A DNA stretch of 64,000 nt from Utricularia gibba (Eukaryota; Plantae; Magnoliophyta), in contig NEEC01000007.1 of NCBI GenBank assembly GCA_002189035.1, forward strand, positions 1,612,001-1,676,000. Reading direction: 5' to 3'. The position numbers and the translations under genes are program-made. This document shows, piece by piece, positions 24,618-37,673 of the stretch. The notes under the pieces were generated by a model. That model was not told where the DNA came from and made no database searches. It saw nothing but the letters and a program-made list of their open reading frames with translations. Numbering within the stretch: position 1 is the first letter of the stretch; the number at the start of each line of letters is the position of its first letter.

Positions 24618-26420
24618 ATGGACCTGGAGTCGGCGGCGGCTGCGTCATCATCGTCATCGCTATCCGCTCTGTGTTTGGCTGCTGCGTTTCTGCTGCTGCT
24701 GCTGGTGGTGAAGGTCTTGGTATGTTTGTGGGTTTCACCTATTTTAGCCCATCGGAAGCTCAGAGCAAATGGGTTTTCTGGACCGGAACCCAACTTCCCT
24801 CTGGGAAACTTGAATGGGATGAAGAATATGATGACCGAGAAGCAGCTGGATCCATTGTCTAACGACATCCATCCATATGTGTTTCCTTACTTTGCTACGT
24901 GGCAGGAATTATACGGTAACTACAGTGTAGATAAATGCTTAAAATCTGTATGTGTTTTTAAAGAAGGAAGCACTTCATCTTCTGCAGGGAAAGTGTTCGT
25001 GTACTGGATTGGGACAGAGCCGTTTGTTTACGTGGCAGACCCTCAGTTTCTGAGAGAAATGACGGCAGAGATAGACGGGAAAAGCTGGGGAAAACCTGAT
25101 GTATTTAAAAAGGATCGAGATCCCATGTTCGGGAAGGGACTTGTGATGGTAGAAGGCGAAGAGTGGGTTCATCGCCGACGCATCATCGCTCCTGCGTTTG
25201 CTCCTGCAAACTTGAAGGTAATCATTACCCAGAAATGAATGAGCAGGGGGGATGGCGCAGAATTAACTTCGGATGATTTTGTGTAGGAAATGGCGAGCCG
25301 GATGCTGGAATCCGGGACGAAAATGGTGGATCGATGGGCTGCCTCCGGCCGGCCGGAGATCAATGTTGAAGATGAGATCATCCGAACCGCCGGAGAAATA
25401 ATTGCTAGAACCACCTTCGACGTAAGCGTTCACCAAGGCCGCAAAGTGATTGATAAGCTGAGAGAAATGCAGATCATGCTCTTCAAATCCAGCCGTTACG
25501 TTGGAGTTCCGTTCGGCAAGTATCTAAACCCCAAACAAACCTTGAAAGCGAAAGCCCTCGGCCGGGAAATCGACGGCAGAATCCATGGAATAGTCACTGA
25601 TCGGATCAATAAACCAAGAGAAAGGTCACCCAGAAACGACCTCCTAGGGCTGCTGTTAGGCGAGGATACCCAGAAAAGAGGGCGTTTCAAATTCACGGCG
25701 AAAGAGGTGGTGGATGAATGCAAGACGTTCTTCTTCGGTGGCCATGAGACGACGGCGTTGGCATTGACATGGACGTTGCTCCTCCTCGGCCGGAACCCAA
25801 AATGGCAGCATGAGCTGAGGGAAGAGATCCAACAAGTCATCGGAGATGGAGATGCCATTGATGCCACCACCGTCGCTCGACTAAAGAAGGCAAGTTCTCC
25901 TTTTTCCTGCACAAACAATCACCTCAGGAATTCCTATTCCAATTACAGAAATATACTCAAAAACTGCTCTCCTAAATCCATCTCCTTGCAGATGGGGTGG
26001 GTAATGAACGAGGTTCTAAGGCTCTATCCGCCGGCTCCTAACGTGCAACGGCAAGCAAGACAAGACATCCAAGTAGGAGATGTAGTGATCCCAAAGGGCA
26101 CCAACATCTGGGTAGACGTCGTTTCCATGCACCATGATCGCCGTCTATGGGGCGACGACGTGCACGAGTTCAGACCAGAGAGGTTCAGGGACGATGGGCT
26201 AACCGGAGGCTGCCGTCATAACATGGGATACTTGCCCTTCGGATTCGGAGGCCGAATGTGCGTTGGGAGGCACTTGATGATGATGGAGTATAAGATAGTT
26301 CTGAGCCTTGTCCTCTCAAGGTTCTCATTCTCCGTCTCCCCTGACTATCGCCATTCCCCTGGAATCATGCTGTCTCTTAGACCCATGAATGGTCTGCATC
26401 TTCGTCTCAAACAACTCTGA
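24618..26420 (+). CDS. CYP715A: Cytochrome P450, CYP72 clan, CYP715 family; introns 24916-24987, 25218-25286 and 25890-25991 (GC-AG)
   Basis: N-terminal TM anchor, WGKPDVFKKDRDPMFGKGLVMVEGEEW, I-helix FFFGGHETTA, K-helix EVLR, PERF motif and heme motif FGFGGRMCVG. Confidence 0.9.
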
Positions 26421-26839
26421 GACGAGAAAAAGCTTCATGTCTGCGTACGAATTCATAAAACTAACTGCATGAAGGTTATGGAGAAGAGAAAAAGAATCGG
26501 AGTTCTTCTGTAGAAAAAAAACATGTTAATGATTGATCATCATACCAATGATTTCAAAGCATAGGTTGCATTTCGAACCTTACAAAAGGGGAGGCGAGGC
26601 TAGTAAGAATGTATAACAAAAATGTTTTAAATAAAATTATGAAATAAATGTTTGTTTTTTAATAATATATTTGATACGTAAATATTATATTATTTGGATT
26701 TATAAAAAATATAAAATTTAATAGAATTGTTTAAAATGGGAATTTACGAATAAATCATTACGTAAAAATTTAAATACACATATAGTATAAAATGTATTAG
26801 CCCTGATTTTCGTCTTTGCGAGCGACAGACAGCGCGGAG

Positions 26840-27254
26840 ATGAGGAAATTCGATCCGTGGCCGGTGTTCTTCAGGAGGGAATGGAACCGGAACTGGCCTT
26901 TTCTGGTTGGATTCGCCGTCACTGGATTCATCGTCACGAAGTTTTCTCTCGGTCTCACCGGTCGGTTCAGTTTTTTCTCATCCCCCATCCCCTCTGCGTA
27001 ATTGTGTTTCTTTGGCCCTTATTTTGTCCGTAATTTGTAGATGAGGACGCCAAGAATTCACCGTTCGTCCAGAGGCATGGTAAAAAGTAAGTCTCCCTGT
27101 GATTTTTGGGTCGCGACTGAAACCCTAGATGAGTCCGCTATAATATTCTGTATTTTTAATGGACTGGTGCTGATTGCGGGTGGTCACATGCTTTTGATGC
27201 CCATTTATAATGTTTTAAGTATTGTGATCACATTTCGTTAGGCTGGCTTCGTGA
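26840..27254 (+). CDS. Mitochondrial ATP synthase 6 kDa small subunit (plant-specific)
   Basis: MRKFDPWPVFFRREWNRNWPFLVGFAVTGFIVTKFSLGLT|DEDAKNSPFVQRHGK. It ends at TAA 27088-27090 if unspliced, or at KLAS* (27254) through intron 27087-27241. Confidence 0.9.
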
Positions 27255-28016
27255 ACCAGAAGTAGTTATCTAGATACCTTTGTCATATGCTGTTTATGTA
27301 TTCTTGTTTTGTTTTGTTTTTCTTTTTAGTAATTCATAACACCTTGCTATGCGTTATTGCACAAAATGCAGATATAGTTATTATATGTGTTTTGATGTTA
27401 GTAATGCCCCTCGTTCTGCTTTCCATGTGCAATTGAAGAAAAAAAATTCTTCCCCTACACATGTTTCTACCCCATTTGATTAGGGTAGTTGCTGAAATTT
27501 GTTCCATTTCTCGAGCTGACATTCCCATTTGACACTGCAGATGAGACTGCATCTGCTACAGAGGCCAATGCAGCAGAGTTTGGTTGTTTGTCTTTACATT
27601 TCTTAAGGTATAATAAACTCAATGCATCCTGTTCTGATGCTGATTGAACTTGTTGGTTACTCATGGAACATATGAAGAGAGTTTGAAATGTCTTTATGCA
27701 ACGATGAGCAGTTCTTTCTTATGCTTGAAGTGCCGTGACACTTCCATCCACTTCCATCATGTTGCAACCGATGAATGTGTAGCATGGCTCGCAGTTTGAT
27801 GGATGTTGGAAGTATGTGGAAAGAGTGGTGTTGTTTTGGTCACCATAATGATGCCCTCTCAGTTATGAGTTATGTTTCATACTCTGGTATTCACCTCCGC
27901 CTATTTCTACCAGAGGCCACAAATCTCAATAATCATGCAACTCCACACTTGCCATCATTTTTTAACTCAGCAATGAGCATGTTTGGATGTAAATTCGAGA
28001 AGTGAATTTATTCCCA

Positions 28017-28072
28017 TATTTATACTAGAACCATTGCAAATCCAGACGGTGGCGGAAAAGGGATTAGGGTTT
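28017..28072 (-). promoter_or_regulatory. Telo-box (AAACCCTA) plus TATA box on the minus strand
   Basis: Forward TAGGGTTT at 28065-28072 and TATTTATA at 28017-28024 (reverse complement TATAAATA). The target transcript is unknown. Confidence 0.4.
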
Positions 28073-28695
28073 AAGAATTATTAACAACAAGAGTAGGGGT
28101 AATTTTGGATTACATAAATTATTTGAGGATTAATTGGAATTTTTGAATAATTTGATTTATGAATTATAGTCCTGTTTTAAAAGAAAATATGGGGAATTAA
28201 AAAAGAACGTGTAGAAATGTATTTACATTGTAGTTACAGTGGTCAGTAAAGTTGGTTGGCATGAACAGTCAACATTGTCAGTTGCGTTTGGTCATCAAAA
28301 AAGGAAGCAAGTATGAAAAGCTTTAACCACTAGCTGCTTGGCGTCGGAAGTCGGTTGCTGTTCCATCTCTGATCTTCTTGAAGGTGGCTGATTGTGGGGA
28401 GGAATTCTGCTGCCTGCGATCCGGCGGGAACTTCGTCAATAACGCCGCTGCCTATTAAACAGGAGCGGTTGTATGATTTCCCTTGTTGATTTTGCCCCAT
28501 TTCGAAACTTGGCTTGATATTTTAGAGCTTTTGCTGTCTCTGGTTTGACGGAATTGATTAATTGAATGCCCAGTCGCGCGTTCGGAAATATTGAATGATT
28601 GATGTTAGTTGATTGCGGGTGAGGTCGAGGAGATTGAAGCAGTGTTCGATGCTGTTTGGATTTGTGGATGAGTTGTTAGAGCTAGCTGCTAAGAA

Positions 28696-30635
28696 ATGTA
28701 TCAGGAGCAGGACAAAGAGCAAGTTTCTGCACTGTCAAGGAAGATTGGGAACGCTGTGAGTGATGCTGGTATTGCTAAGCAGGGAGGTTTTGAGGAGTCT
28801 CAAAGACTGAGCAGGGAGCTTGAGGTTAGCATGTTTGAATTTTGGTCGCCGTATAATTCTTGTGGAAACTCAGATGCCTTGTGTGCTCTTTGTTTCATCT
28901 GGTTATAATTGTGTATAATGTAATCTAGCATTGGTTTATAGGCTATGGAGGAAGAGAAAAAACGTCTCAATACAGAAATTAATGGGATAGGAGAGCTCGA
29001 GGAGTTATTAATTGAGCACAGTCGAAAGATCGATGAGATTAACAATGAACGTGCTCGGTGTCTTGAAGAACTTAAGGTGATACAGGAGCAGAATTCTGCC
29101 CTCAAACTTGAACTGAGTCAAGGCAGAAGTTCAGAGAAAGAGCTGGAGGAAAAGGTTATTCAAGCTGTAGATTTGTTGATTATATTTAGGAATAAGCGGG
29201 ATAAATTAAAAGAAGAGTTGGATTCTGCTGTTAGAGAGGTCACCAAAAACAAGGCGTTACGTGGTGTGGATCTTCAAGGAACATCTCCATCATGTTTTTT
29301 TGGGTTCTGCTTCTCAGACATCATTGAGGCTACTCAGAATTTCAGTAAGTCTCATAAACTCGGTGAAGGAAAATATGGAAGTGTTTATAAAGGGGTTATT
29401 CGCAGCGTCAAGGTTGCCATCAGAGTGCTGCCGTCCTCTGCTTTTCAGAGTGACTCAGAATTCAATTATGAGGTACAATACATCTTAACTTCAAACAAAA
29501 AAATTGTTAATAGCATTATGGGAATAGAATTGTTAACTTGAGTACTTCATTTCAAAAGTTTCTATTTTCGGGTTATTGGACACCATTGTACTCACTTCTT
29601 ACAAGATGAACATTTGTTTGACACTCTGCATCTTTTATCAAATGCAGGCAGAGATTTTATCCAGAGTTAGACATCCTAATCTTGTCACGCTCATTGGTGC
29701 CTGTTCTGAATCTAAGTCACTCATATATGAATATGTTGATAACTGCAGCCTTGAGCGTTTCCTCTCAAGTCCAGAAAAAGCTTCATCACTTCCATGGCAA
29801 ACTCGGATGAGAATAGCTACTGAAATATGTTCTGCTCTTCTTTTCGTTAATGCAAATGCTGCCTGTGACATCCATGGAAACCTGAAGCCTTCAAATATTC
29901 TTTTTGACTCAAATTTAGTTACCAAAATCAGCGATTTCGGTATCTATAGCATGATGCCTCCGAGTGAAGGTCATTTGAATCTGCATTCACCCTACATGGA
30001 TCCGGAGTTTCAATTAACCTGTCAACTTACTACTCATTCTGATGTGTACTCTTTTGGCGTCATACTGCTACAGCTCTTAACTGCAAGGCCATCCACCACT
30101 ATTGTGCGAGACGTTAAACTTGCTTTGGAAAGAGGAAACATTGAAACACTGTTGGACAAGTCAGCCGGAAACTGGCCACTTGAGGTAATAGAGGAGGTTT
30201 CCTATTTGGGTTTGAGATGCTGTGACGAGAACCCCCTTGATCGTCCCCAACTCGAGACAGAAATCTCTACTACACTTGAGAGAATCTCAAAACTTCACGC
30301 CTCCTCACATTCATCATCAACCAAATGTTCCAGCAGCATTCAACGCAAAGTACCTTCACACTTTCTATGCCCCATTTACCAGGTAAATCGAACTACCTTG
30401 TCGCCAACTATTACTCATATATCTTGAATTCTGCTGATGTTTTTATGTTCAGGAAGTGATGAAGGATCCTCATATAGCTAATGATGGATTCACATATGAA
30501 GGCGATGCCATCAAGGGATGGTTCAATAGTGGTCACATGACTTCTCCCATGACAAATCTGAAGCTTGAAGACTGTGGCCTCACTCCGAACTACGCCCTTT
30601 ATTATGCGATTCAGGAATGGCACCAAAACACCTGA
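28696..30635 (+). CDS. U-box E3 ligase with coiled coil and (pseudo)kinase domain, PUB32/PUB33 class
   Basis: Coiled coil, LGEGKYGSVYKG, VAIR, RVRHPNLVTLIGAC, IHGNLKPSNIL, SDFG; U-box VPSHFLCPIYQ|EVMKDPHIANDGFTYEGDAIKGW..SPMTNLKL..PNYALYYAIQEW. The start codon is uncertain. Confidence 0.85.
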
Positions 30636-31051
30636 AATCTCTCTTCATTTTACGTGCTGCACAAAGTAATAGCTGCCTTTACCTGTCAGTTTGGCAACAT
30701 TTATGTGTCGTGATTGATATCATACCATAGAGCACTGTGTTGTGAGAAAAAACTTTTGAAACCCGTGAGGAATTATGTACATATTCCTAAATTTGATGCT
30801 ACATAAAAAGCCAAGGCATTAGCTTGGTTTGCTTATTTGGCATGCCTTCATCAAACTTCAGGGGTCCAGCACTGATGGATTATCCTTCACCCCTTAAAAA
30901 ACAAAAGGAAAAAAGAAAAGCCCACTAATCAAAATCTGAAATTTAGCTCCATGATGTGGCCATGAATGCGATGTATGTTAGATTGAGTTGGTAATTCTGT
31001 AGATGCTCCACGGTTTCAAAGCTCGGTTTCTTGACTGCAACTTCCCGAGCA

Positions 31052-32632
31052 ATGGTTTTTTCCATCTCCCCGACAGCTTCTTTGCTGCTGCACTCCTCTT
31101 CAACGTTATCCACTGGAAGGAAAATTCTTTCCTTTAGTTATCCCCGGAATTCCTCAATTTCAATCCCTAAAACTGCAATCTTCCGGCGTGGAGTTCCCCA
31201 ACTGGGTTTGAGCCCTTTTGCTCCATGGAATGGTTTAAAGCTTGTTTTTCGATGTCAAGTGAACAGGGGTATTTCTATCACCTTCTTGGTCCTTTTTGTT
31301 GATAATTTGGTATTTGCTGCGCATGACTTTTGAATGAATTTCGCATTTCTTTGCTGAAGTTTTCAGCTCTCTAATGTTCGATGTAGTATTTTCCGCAGGA
31401 AGGAAGGGGAATCAAAAAGGTAGAAGAGGAGTATATGCCTCTTTATTTGGGATTGGAGCACCTGAAGTTCTTGTGATTGGGGTGGTTGCTTTGTTGGTAT
31501 TTGGACCAAAAGGCCTTGCAGAGGTTAGTTTTTTTCCCTTCACATTAGTTGTTGTATGCAACCAATAATGGGAATAACAAGTATTCTTGTGTTGATCGAG
31601 AATCTTCCTTAGTGTTCTGCTATTACTCCTAGATAAGGTGGACTCTTTCTATTCCTTGCGCCTGATTATGTGACTGGTTTCTCGTTTCTCCTTCATCCTG
31701 AAAGATGATTGAATCCTGGACTTTGGTATGAGATGGCAGGTTGCCCGTAACTTGGGTAAGACTGTGCGTGCATTTCAACCAACAATAAGGGAACTTCAGG
31801 TTGATTGAAACTTGCTTTTAATGTTCGAGCACAAATGCTTCTTCAAGTCAGATGTCAAAGCCGGTTCCTTTATCCCTTTCACAGGAAGTCTCCAGAGAAT
31901 TCAAAAGCACCCTTCAACGGGAGATTGGCATCGATGATGTCAACTCCCCTATTTCGTCAAGTACTTCAATGTACAATGCAACCAATGCCGTGGCATCAGA
32001 TTCAGAAACAACCAGCAAAACGGGTGAGTGGAATGGAGTCGTATCACTATGCACTACGACATGATGATAAGTTCTTTGTATCTCGAATTGATAGGAAGTT
32101 ATGCATTATTTGTATAAATGGTATAAAGGCTTTGTCAAAAAGGTGGCTACACAAGAAGCCATATACGGGAGGCAGAGCCTTTGAGTCGAATGTTTTCTCT
32201 GGCTGTTCTTTTCATCTGAAGTGGTTTTCCATAGAAAGATCTTTCTCCCAAGCGGATTTTATTTATGCTCTTGTACCAATCCACCGGCAGATTCATCATC
32301 CTCTGAAAATTACGATGCCGCCGCCGTAAATGTGAAGACAGATCAGGTCCTCCAAAGCCATTCCCAGTTGCAGAAACAGCAAGAAGATGAAGCAGGGAGT
32401 TTACAAATCCAATCTTCATCAGGTATGTGTGTAATTTCTCAAGGCTCCCTTTTTACTCTGCCACAGCTTCTAACTCAGCTAGCTGTAGAACACATGCACT
32501 CCCTATTCCCTTGTACTCTATTCTCCTTAAGATCCTTCTTCAAATGCAGACACAGATGAGAATTCCAAGAGTGAATCTCCTTCAAAAGAAGCTGCTGCTG
32601 CTGTGACAACCACCCCTCCACCAAATCCTTGA
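31052..32632 (+). CDS. HCF106: Thylakoid Tat translocon subunit TatB
   Basis: Transit peptide, then VYASLFGIGAPEVLVIGVVALLVFGPKGLAE|VARNLGKTVRAFQPTIRELQ|EVSREFKSTLQREIG, with an acidic tail ending TPPPNP*. Confidence 0.92.
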
Positions 32633-32947
32633 AGCAAGAGATATTTGTTGTGCTGTGTTTCTGAGGTGCATATGAGTTGTCTAGTGTTTTGCGAGTTGTA
32701 ACACAAGGATGTTAGCCTATGGATGTCATCCATTTCCTTCTTTTTTAACTTCAATTTTTCGTTTGAGTGCCATCGAAAGTCTTGAATTGCTTCTAGGATC
32801 AAACACAAGCACTCTGTTTCCATTCAAATGCATCATCAGAAAATATGGAGCAAGAGACCAGAAGGTGTTCAAGTCAAGATTCATGGCTGCCTTTTACAGA
32901 AGACATAGCTTCATGCATTGCAAATGAGAGTTGAAACCCATGTTTCT

Positions 32948-35173
32948 TTACATAAGCCTTAGAACATGTTGGCCAAATGCAATCCCAAGAAAAGTTGCAA
33001 TGGCTATGCCAAAGATGCCTGTGAGAATGGCAGGAACCACAAGGGAGTTCCAACCTTTCGCAGTGGCCATTCCACAGGCTGTCGTCGGCCCACCAACATT
33101 TGCGTTGGATGCTAAAAGCAGTAACTTGAGATCAAATCGGAGCAATCTCCCTAGACCAAGAATAACAGCAAGATGGACAGCGATTTGAACAAGAGCGAAC
33201 AAGAAAATGCTTGGTGCGGTGTTCACCACATTCCGGATGCTCCCACTTGCTCCCACCACAGCGAAAAATACCTGAACAGCACGAGGAACACTGAGAAATG
33301 AGATGAGGTGTTGATGAAGGAAGTTGAAAGTTACAGGGTGCAGGACTGGTGACCTGCATGAGTATCATAGCAATGGCTTCACCAGAGGGAGCGAGATATG
33401 CAAAATAGTTTGGAAATGCAGTTGCTAGAACGACGACAATTGCTGTGATGGCTGGAAGGCTGCCGCCTTGGATACCTAAATGGTTCGTCAAAAGTTTGGC
33501 AGTTTTGCATATAATGAAGGATACAGCAAGGGCAGTTGCTGTCTGCAGCACAGGCAGCTTGCTACTGGATTCTGTTTCCCGGGTGAGTGGAGTGTCTGCA
33601 ACAAAAAAACAAAGAAAAAAACACAAGACTAGCTGGTGAGTTCCCAAGTGTTTCTGACAGCAAAATTTACATATCCCTTTGTTTAAACAACAGCACAGAC
33701 AATTCAGGAAAAATAGCTGGTTGAATTACCAGACAAGGTCTCCTTTGTGAAAGTTTCAGGAGGGATTTTGGATGCCAACGCAAACAATGAGGTGAAGTAC
33801 AGAGCACAGATCACGTTATCAGCTGCGAGTCCAGCAGCTAAAACCGAAGGAGAGACTTGAAGGGCTTCAGATATGGCGACATAATTCACAGCTGCACATA
33901 AAGAATTGCTCATGACATTTGATAACATAAATGATGGCGACCGATAGGAAAACTGCCTCCGGTAGGAATGGAGCAATGAAAAAGAAAGGTTTAAGTTCCC
34001 TTCCGCACTCTCCTCCCTACAGACATAGAGGTCTCACTGACAGCTTCAGAATGTAGCAAAATGAAGAGAAACAACCTCCACCAATGTGTCTTCCCATTAA
34101 AGCAGCTGCTATTTTCCAGCTATCTTGACCAAGTGACCGCATTGGCACCAACATGAACGCCACTGCTGTTCCCACCGTAGTGGCAACTGGGAACAAATGG
34201 GCATGAGAAAGGAAGTGTGTAAGTAATGCGCCGCACATGGAAGACAACGAAGATTTAATAAAGGGGCGAACGGAGGTGTCTGTTGTGAGGGCGATAAACA
34301 AGAATTAGACTCCCCTTTCTAGACAGTGCAGAGCGTTGAACTTAGATTTCAGCAATCATATCAGTTTTGAGGACACACAGATATGAAAAGTCATTTCATC
34401 AAAATTAGATGACTAACCTGAGCCAATCAAGAAAGCTAAAAGTAATGAACCAGTTGAGCGTATAATTCTGCGCATATCTGCCCTGTAAAGCAGTAGTGGA
34501 ACAGCCAACGGCAACAGAAACTCCATCACAACATTATACGCTGGCGCCTCACACCCTATGATTCCAAGATTACTCGCAGCAAGACCCACCAAAGTACTCA
34601 CCAATGCGCCACTCAGAGCGCTTCCTATCTGAGTCTTCTCCGACCTTAAAGACAAAAGCAGAAAACACCCACCCATCAGCAAAATCTCGGAGTAATCAAC
34701 CAGCATCTCCTCGTTGTTATTAAGAATCAGATGCATTCAGCCAATATTCACCATATACCAAAAGCACTGGTGGCGAAAAGAGCCGTCAACATGCCCCATT
34801 GATCATTTGGAGAAATTATGGGGAAACTCAATGGCGATCTTATGACTACATTACAGGTTAAACGCTTAGAGTTCTTTTTCTGTATAACCCCTCCTCCGAC
34901 AGAACCAAACCGTGACAACGAAAACAACTCCGTGGACGAAATTCGTTGAAATGTCGCGGAGTGAAGCGCTGGAGTTGCGGCCGCCGTCTTCAAATGCGAT
35001 GGGCATCGTTCCGGAAGTTTCATTCCATATGTACGGTAAGAATTACAGAGAAACAGATGCTGACCAGACATTTCCCCGTCTCCGTGACGATTCCAGTGAC
35101 GCCTCGCCGGTGAACAACGACGGCGATCAAAGAGAGGAAGAAGTTTCTGGGAGAGCGAGACAGACATACCCAT
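32948..35173 (-). CDS. DUF819 (YjcL-like) plastid multi-pass membrane protein
   Basis: [21 protein letters not shown]|[57 protein letters not shown] and [21 protein letters not shown]. Confidence 0.88.
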
Positions 35174-36239
35174 AGGCCACGGCCCAATAAATACACGGGC
35201 CTTCAAAATCCCACTAACACTAAAGTTATTTAAATAATTTAAGTTTAGACAAATCCAAATATATAAATATAAAATACCTCTATTCCCCCTCCCTTCACCC
35301 TCCCTTGATTATACATATATTTATATGTAATGATAGTATGTAGATATAATTATGCCAAATAATGATTATACCCATATAATTTGTTTCATTATACCTATAT
35401 ACCAAATAACATAATTTTATTAAATTTATTATAAATCCACCTTATACTTTCATATCAAACAAAATCTAACAAGCTTCCACTTTTCTTCCCTAATTAATTA
35501 GAATGCCAAACATATTAATCAACATTAACCATTTGATTAATCAACCCCTTCGACCCATTCACCATTTCTTCAACCTTATGTTGTGAGTCAAGAGGTTCCA
35601 CGTCTTCCCCTATGCATGATTTTAATATCCCCTATGCTCTCTTAAAAGCACCATGTTGCCAGAGGCGCTACATATAATTTGTAGACTTGAATACGGGATC
35701 TTCGCATGGACATAGCGCCTGGCGTATCGGTAGGTTTCCCCATCCAATTTAATAGGTTCCCAAAAGTCAAGAGTACCTCAACCTAGACTCGTGACAAAGA
35801 TCTGAATTGTAAGCTTCTTGCTTTGATATCAATCAGACTTCCTTATAAACCTGTGAGCTTTTGGGAGACTGTTGCAGGAGCTGGAATCCAGTCTTCCTCG
35901 CGGCCTACAGCAAGCCGCACAGCACACTAAGCAAAGGTTAAGAAGTCAGAAGTCAGCTGATGAGTTAGACAAGCAGCACAGTTCTGATATTAATCACATA
36001 AGACCTGAGGTGGGGGGATGGGTAAAGGTTCAGACTTCATGTGCACTCAATTCCTTGGTGCCAGCCAATCAGAAAAACATCTAATTAAGCAATAGCACGA
36101 CAGTAAAATAAATAAACCGCATCACAGAAGAATAGTTGGGTTGTGGGGGGTTCTCTTCCTTTCTGCTTTCCTTGAAAAAGGTTTTGAAACCGATGTTTTT
36201 AGTACAAAGAATGGTTTGTTGGTGAGCTATGGTCTCTCT

Positions 36240-37673
36240 CTAATGCTTGGCCAATCTTATTCGTCTGTTAACTTCTTTCTCCAGCTCCTCTAAGCCCCCC
36301 ACTTCCTCCAACTCCTGCGGTGAAAGAAAATTCGAATGGGGATTTCGGGTGAACAGTAAAGATGGTTGATGATGATGCGTACCTTGGGTCCGAGGAAGAG
36401 GCCGTATGGGACGCCATTGAATTTGTCCGAGTGGTGGAGCTGGTGGGCGGCGGCCACCTGTCGGAAGTAGGGGACGTCAGCAATGGGACCCACGGGGAAT
36501 CTCCTGTGGACGAGCCCATCGTGGACGAACATGTAGGCGATCCCGAACACCGTAATCCCCAGCCCCTGCACCAACCAATCACAAGCACCCTTTCTTTATC
36601 CTTCTACCCAAAACTGCAATGTTTCCCCCCTATTCTATCCCTCCTCCACGAAAAGGGGATCTTGGAAGATGCCGTGTGATTTGCCCTAATTTTCAGAATT
36701 TGAAACGCACGAGAGTTCACTTACCGCGCCGAAGCAGAGGCCGGGTAACAATCCCCGGTTGAAGAACCCGAAGGACAGAAGGGCGATCGCCGGAACCGCG
36801 TTGATTATCGCGAACACGTCGTTGAGCTCGAATGGTCCGTCGCGGGGGCGGTGGTGCGACTGCAGAGAAGCCGAATTTCATAAACAACGCCTTGCGATAA
36901 GTAAAGAACACCTTAAATGAGAAAACTCACTTCGTGCATGTGCCATAGAGAGGCGTGCCACAAAGCTCTGTGAGCCCACCTCGCCCAATACTCCATCCCC
37001 ACCTGTACCGTATTACAGAGAAGCATACAACTCAGCTCTGCTACTCACTATGGGTTGTCAAATTAAAATAATATTTGAAAAAAAATGTTGATCCAGAAGC
37101 ATGCTCCGATCCAAGAACCCAAACCCGGGACTTACCGCTGCACCGAAGGAGAGAGCAAAGGTACCAAACATCTCAGCATAAGGTACATCTCCGCCCTGAG
37201 CCACAAAAATCGCGTGATGAAAAAAAATAAAATAATTATTTTGGTCGAGATGAGAAGAGAAGCAAAATTCCGGTGAGGGAGAAGCCAATCCGGACCTCCA
37301 TTTGCCACGAGAATCTGTAATAGACCGCCATCACCGCCATAGAAGTAATTCCCAGGCTCGACATCACCGCCGCAACCAAATAAGTAATCCTCTCGGATTT
37401 CCTTTTTGCGGCTCTTTCCGCCGCCTTCAGCGGTTCCTGCGCCTCGGCAGTCGCAAGCACGATCTCTTCGCCGCTGCCGCTGGATTTCGCGTCCTCAACC
37501 ACTAGGCAGACCGTGGAGAGCGTATTCCGGCGGATTCTGAGAAAGCGGCCGCGTGGGCGCAGAGGCAGACAGGGCGACGCGAGTGAGGTGTTGAGCTTGG
37601 GAGCCAGAAACGCAATGGGCTTTACGTGAATCGCTGCTCGGGATGTCGAGGCGGCGCAAATCCCGGTGGCCAT
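36240..37673 (-). CDS. BCH: Beta-carotene 3-hydroxylase (non-heme di-iron), 6 exons
   Basis: His boxes WHMHE|SHH and HDGLVH..HQLHH; VGMEYWARWAHRALWHASL; GVPYGLFLGPK|ELEEVGG. ATG at 37673; TAG at 36240-36242. Confidence 0.95.
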
